From: Phycisphaerales bacterium | GTDB lineage: Bacteria > Planctomycetota > Phycisphaerae > Phycisphaerales > UBA1924 | DNA: 64,000 nt | NCBI GenBank assembly: GCA_044221955.1 | Contig: JBGAOD010000002.1 | Span: 1,197 to 65,196, forward strand | Direction of reading: 5' to 3' | Shown: positions 62,471 to 64,000 of the stretch, in pieces | Layout: each line of letters opens with the position of its first letter | Position numbering within the stretch: position 1 is the stretch's first letter | Made by a program: the position numbers and the translations under genes | Notes under the pieces: model-generated | Database searches by the model: none | Told to the model about the DNA's origin: nothing | Seen by the model: only the letters and a program-made list of their open reading frames with translations

Positions 62471-63502
62471 ATGAACATGAACCATCCTTCCAGCCCGTCT
62501 CGGACCGCCCAGATTGGCACGTGCATCGCTGCCCTGCTCCTCGCCTCGCTCGCCGGTACCGCCATCGCCCAGCCCGAGCGCCGCCCGCGTGAAGACGCGC
62601 CGCCGCGCGAGCCGGCCCTCCGAGGCCCGGAAGTCCGCGACGATTCAATCCCCGGCGAAAAGCGCCGCTTCGCGCCCGGCAAGCCCCAGGGCAAGGACCG
62701 CCTCGACGACCGTGGCACGCCCCCGCGCCTCTTCATGCAGGCCGTGCGAGTCCTCCGTGAAGATGACACGCCCGCCGACGCCCGCCTCACCCCCGAGCAG
62801 GACCAAAGACTCCAGGCCATCGGCAAGGGCTTCCGCGACCAGGTCAAGGCGTACATGGACCAGCACCGCGAGGAGGTGCAGTCACTCCGCGAGAAGATCG
62901 GCCCCGAAGCCAATGCAAAGATCGAGGGCAAGCTCCGCGCCGCCGGGTTCCCCGGAGCCGGCGGCAAGGACGGCCCCGAAGGCCGTCCCGAAGGTCGGCC
63001 CGAAGGCCGCGGCGGGAAACGCCCGCCCCGCGACGCCGGACCCGACATGAAGCCCGACGGCGACCAGCCCCCGCCCCCACGCGGCAAGCCGCGCAAAGAA
63101 GGGAAGCCCGTTGCCGAGGACCCTGCCGCGGCTCAGCGCTTGAAAGAAATCATGGAAGCCGCTCCCAAGTTCAAGGACTCCGAGGCCCAGGCCTGGGCCG
63201 TGCTCACGGAAAAACAGCGCCCCATCGTGCAGGACGAACTCGCCAAGCTCCGCGAGAACGGCATGCCCCGCCTCAACCCCGGCGAAGGCCGCCCACCCAA
63301 GGGCCGCCCCGGTGAAGGTCCCAACGCCGGTGGTCCCCGCGAGAGAGCCCGCGAACGCCTCGAAAACCTCTCGCCCGAACAACGCGAGCAACTCAAGCAG
63401 AAGCTCCAGGACCGTCGCGCCAAGCGCGGCCCGGCCGACGGCCAACCCAAGCCCCCGCCGCCTATGGAAGAGGTCGACGTCCCGCCGCCCGCGCCCAAGT
63501 AA
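62471..63502 (+). CDS. secreted low-complexity protein with LTXXQ (Spy/CpxP-like) motifs
   Basis: Signal peptide 'CIAALLLASLAGTAIAQ'. Three LTXXQ-type motifs are 'LTPEQDQRLQ', 'LTEKQRPIVQ' and 'LSPEQREQLKQ'. Pro/Arg/Glu/Gly-rich spacers include 'GPEGRPEGRPEGRGG'. Confidence 0.6.
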   Translation: MNMNHPSSPSRTAQIGTCIAALLLASLAGTAIAQPERRPREDAPPREPALRGPEVRDDSIPGEKRRFAPGKPQGKDRLDDRGTPPRLFMQAVRVLREDDTPADARLTPEQDQRLQAIGKGFRDQVKAYMDQHREEVQSLREKIGPEANAKIEGKLRAAGFPGAGGKDGPEGRPEGRPEGRGGKRPPRDAGPDMKPDGDQPPPPRGKPRKEGKPVAEDPAAAQRLKEIMEAAPKFKDSEAQAWAVLTEKQRPIVQDELAKLRENGMPRLNPGEGRPPKGRPGEGPNAGGPRERARERLENLSPEQREQLKQKLQDRRAKRGPADGQPKPPPPMEEVDVPPPAPK

Positions 63503-63566
63503 GGCCCAACCTCGCGCTCCGAGTTCCCAACGGGCGCCGATCGCTGAAAGCCGAGTCTCCTCAAAG

Positions 63567-63605
63567 AAAACCGGGATCGGCGAGCGAGCGCCGGTCCCGG
63601 TTTTT
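63567..63605. terminator. bidirectional rho-independent terminator
   Basis: AAAA-CCGGGATCGGCG-AGCGAG-CGCCGGTCCCGG-TTTTT. The 12-bp GC-rich stem has one mismatch and is flanked by an A-tract and a T-tract. It sits between the convergent genes ending at 63502 (+) and 63626 (-). Confidence 0.75.
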
Positions 63606-63625
63606 CATGAAACTCAAACCAACGA

Positions 63626-64000
63626 CTACTTCACCTCACGCGGCACGGCGATCGGGCCCGGCTGAATCACACCCGGCCCCTGGTCCGCCGCGATCGTCGG
63701 GGCCTGCCTCAACTCCGAGTACGTAATCCCGGCCAAAGTCCCCGCCAGCACGAGCGGCCCGGCCACTCTCGCCGCCCCGATCCAGCGTGGCAATCCAATC
63801 TCGCTCCCCTTCGCCACCCGCGACGCCGCCAGCACCAGCACCATCAGCACCATCGGTTCCAAGTAGCGCTGCCACGCGAAAAACGTCGCCGTCTGCGCCG
63901 CCGTGAACCCGATCAGGCTCACGATCAGAACCCACGCTTCGCGCCGCGGGACGCTGGCCCACACCAACCCCAGCATCGCACCGCCGACCACCGACCCGAC
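63626..64000 (-). CDS. C-terminal part of a polytopic membrane protein (gene continues beyond the window)
   Basis: The frame is open to the window edge and carries hydrophobic spans ('AWVLIVSLIGFTAAQTATFFAW', 'MVLMVLVLAASRV', 'GPLVLAGTLAGI'). The family cannot be determined from this fragment. Confidence 0.5.
   Translation of the reverse strand, partial: VGSVVGGAMLGLVWASVPRREAWVLIVSLIGFTAAQTATFFAWQRYLEPMVLMVLVLAASRVAKGSEIGLPRWIGAARVAGPLVLAGTLAGITYSELRQAPTIAADQGPGVIQPGPIAVPREVK

Noticed and set aside
62950-63010. Short in-frame tandem repeat (about three copies of a ~12-nt CCCGAAGGNCGN unit, encoding GPEGRPEGRPEGRGG) within the LTXXQ protein gene
   Set aside because: It is a low-complexity coding repeat inside a Pro/Arg/Glu/Gly-rich protein. 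It could be slippage-variable, but nothing indicates a separate feature.
1-64000. Search by eye for CRISPR arrays, tRNA/rRNA genes, transposases, integrases and phage genes
   Set aside because: I found no regularly spaced direct repeats, no tRNA T-arm/acceptor signatures (for example GGTTCGAATCC-like) in intergenic regions, no rRNA-like stretches, and no DDE, tyrosine or serine recombinase motifs. The low-GC island therefore has no recognisable mobility gene.

Overview
About 64 kb of very GC-rich chromosome; single coding lines I hand-counted were about 73% G+C. The gene content fits Planctomycetota, probably Phycisphaerae-like. Supporting signs are C-terminal dockerin-like modules ending in 'GC', a PEP-CTERM-like anchor, FG-GAP giants, an ECF sigma/anti-sigma pair and a TPR Ser/Thr kinase. 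The backbone is housekeeping (leuS, argS, guaB, folC, upp, kbl, a CCA-adding-type enzyme, a UbiD-family decarboxylase, Mrp/ApbC, a YacL-like PIN/TRAM protein) mixed with transporters and many secreted proteins. I found no rRNA, tRNA, CRISPR array, transposase or integrase. Most long reverse-strand or alternate-frame ORFs in the track are Arg/Pro/Gly-rich shadows of real genes, as expected at this GC content. The points most worth a second look:
- A roughly 1.1 kb low-GC single-gene island (30.06-31.2 kb) encodes a stand-alone SIR2_2-type protein that looks like a defence NADase.
- A composite palindromic repeat (perfect 29-bp inverted arms, each with its own hairpin) sits once in an intergenic region (9251-9349). 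A homologous copy is inserted in frame and translated inside the UbiD-family gene (42927-43058).
- A PilZ/J-domain fusion lies directly downstream of an orphan response regulator.
- The conserved N-terminal helix of the ECF sigma factor lies upstream of any usable start codon in its frame, suggesting a frameshift or indel.
- Several lineage-specific secreted architectures are unusual: YVTN propeller + two CXXCH motifs + GC-dockerin; FG-GAP + an unassigned 7-fold Trp repeat; tandem ClpP/NfeD-like paralogs.
- A histidine-rich tail-anchored protein follows Mrp/ApbC.
All functional calls come from motif recognition by eye; no database search was run.
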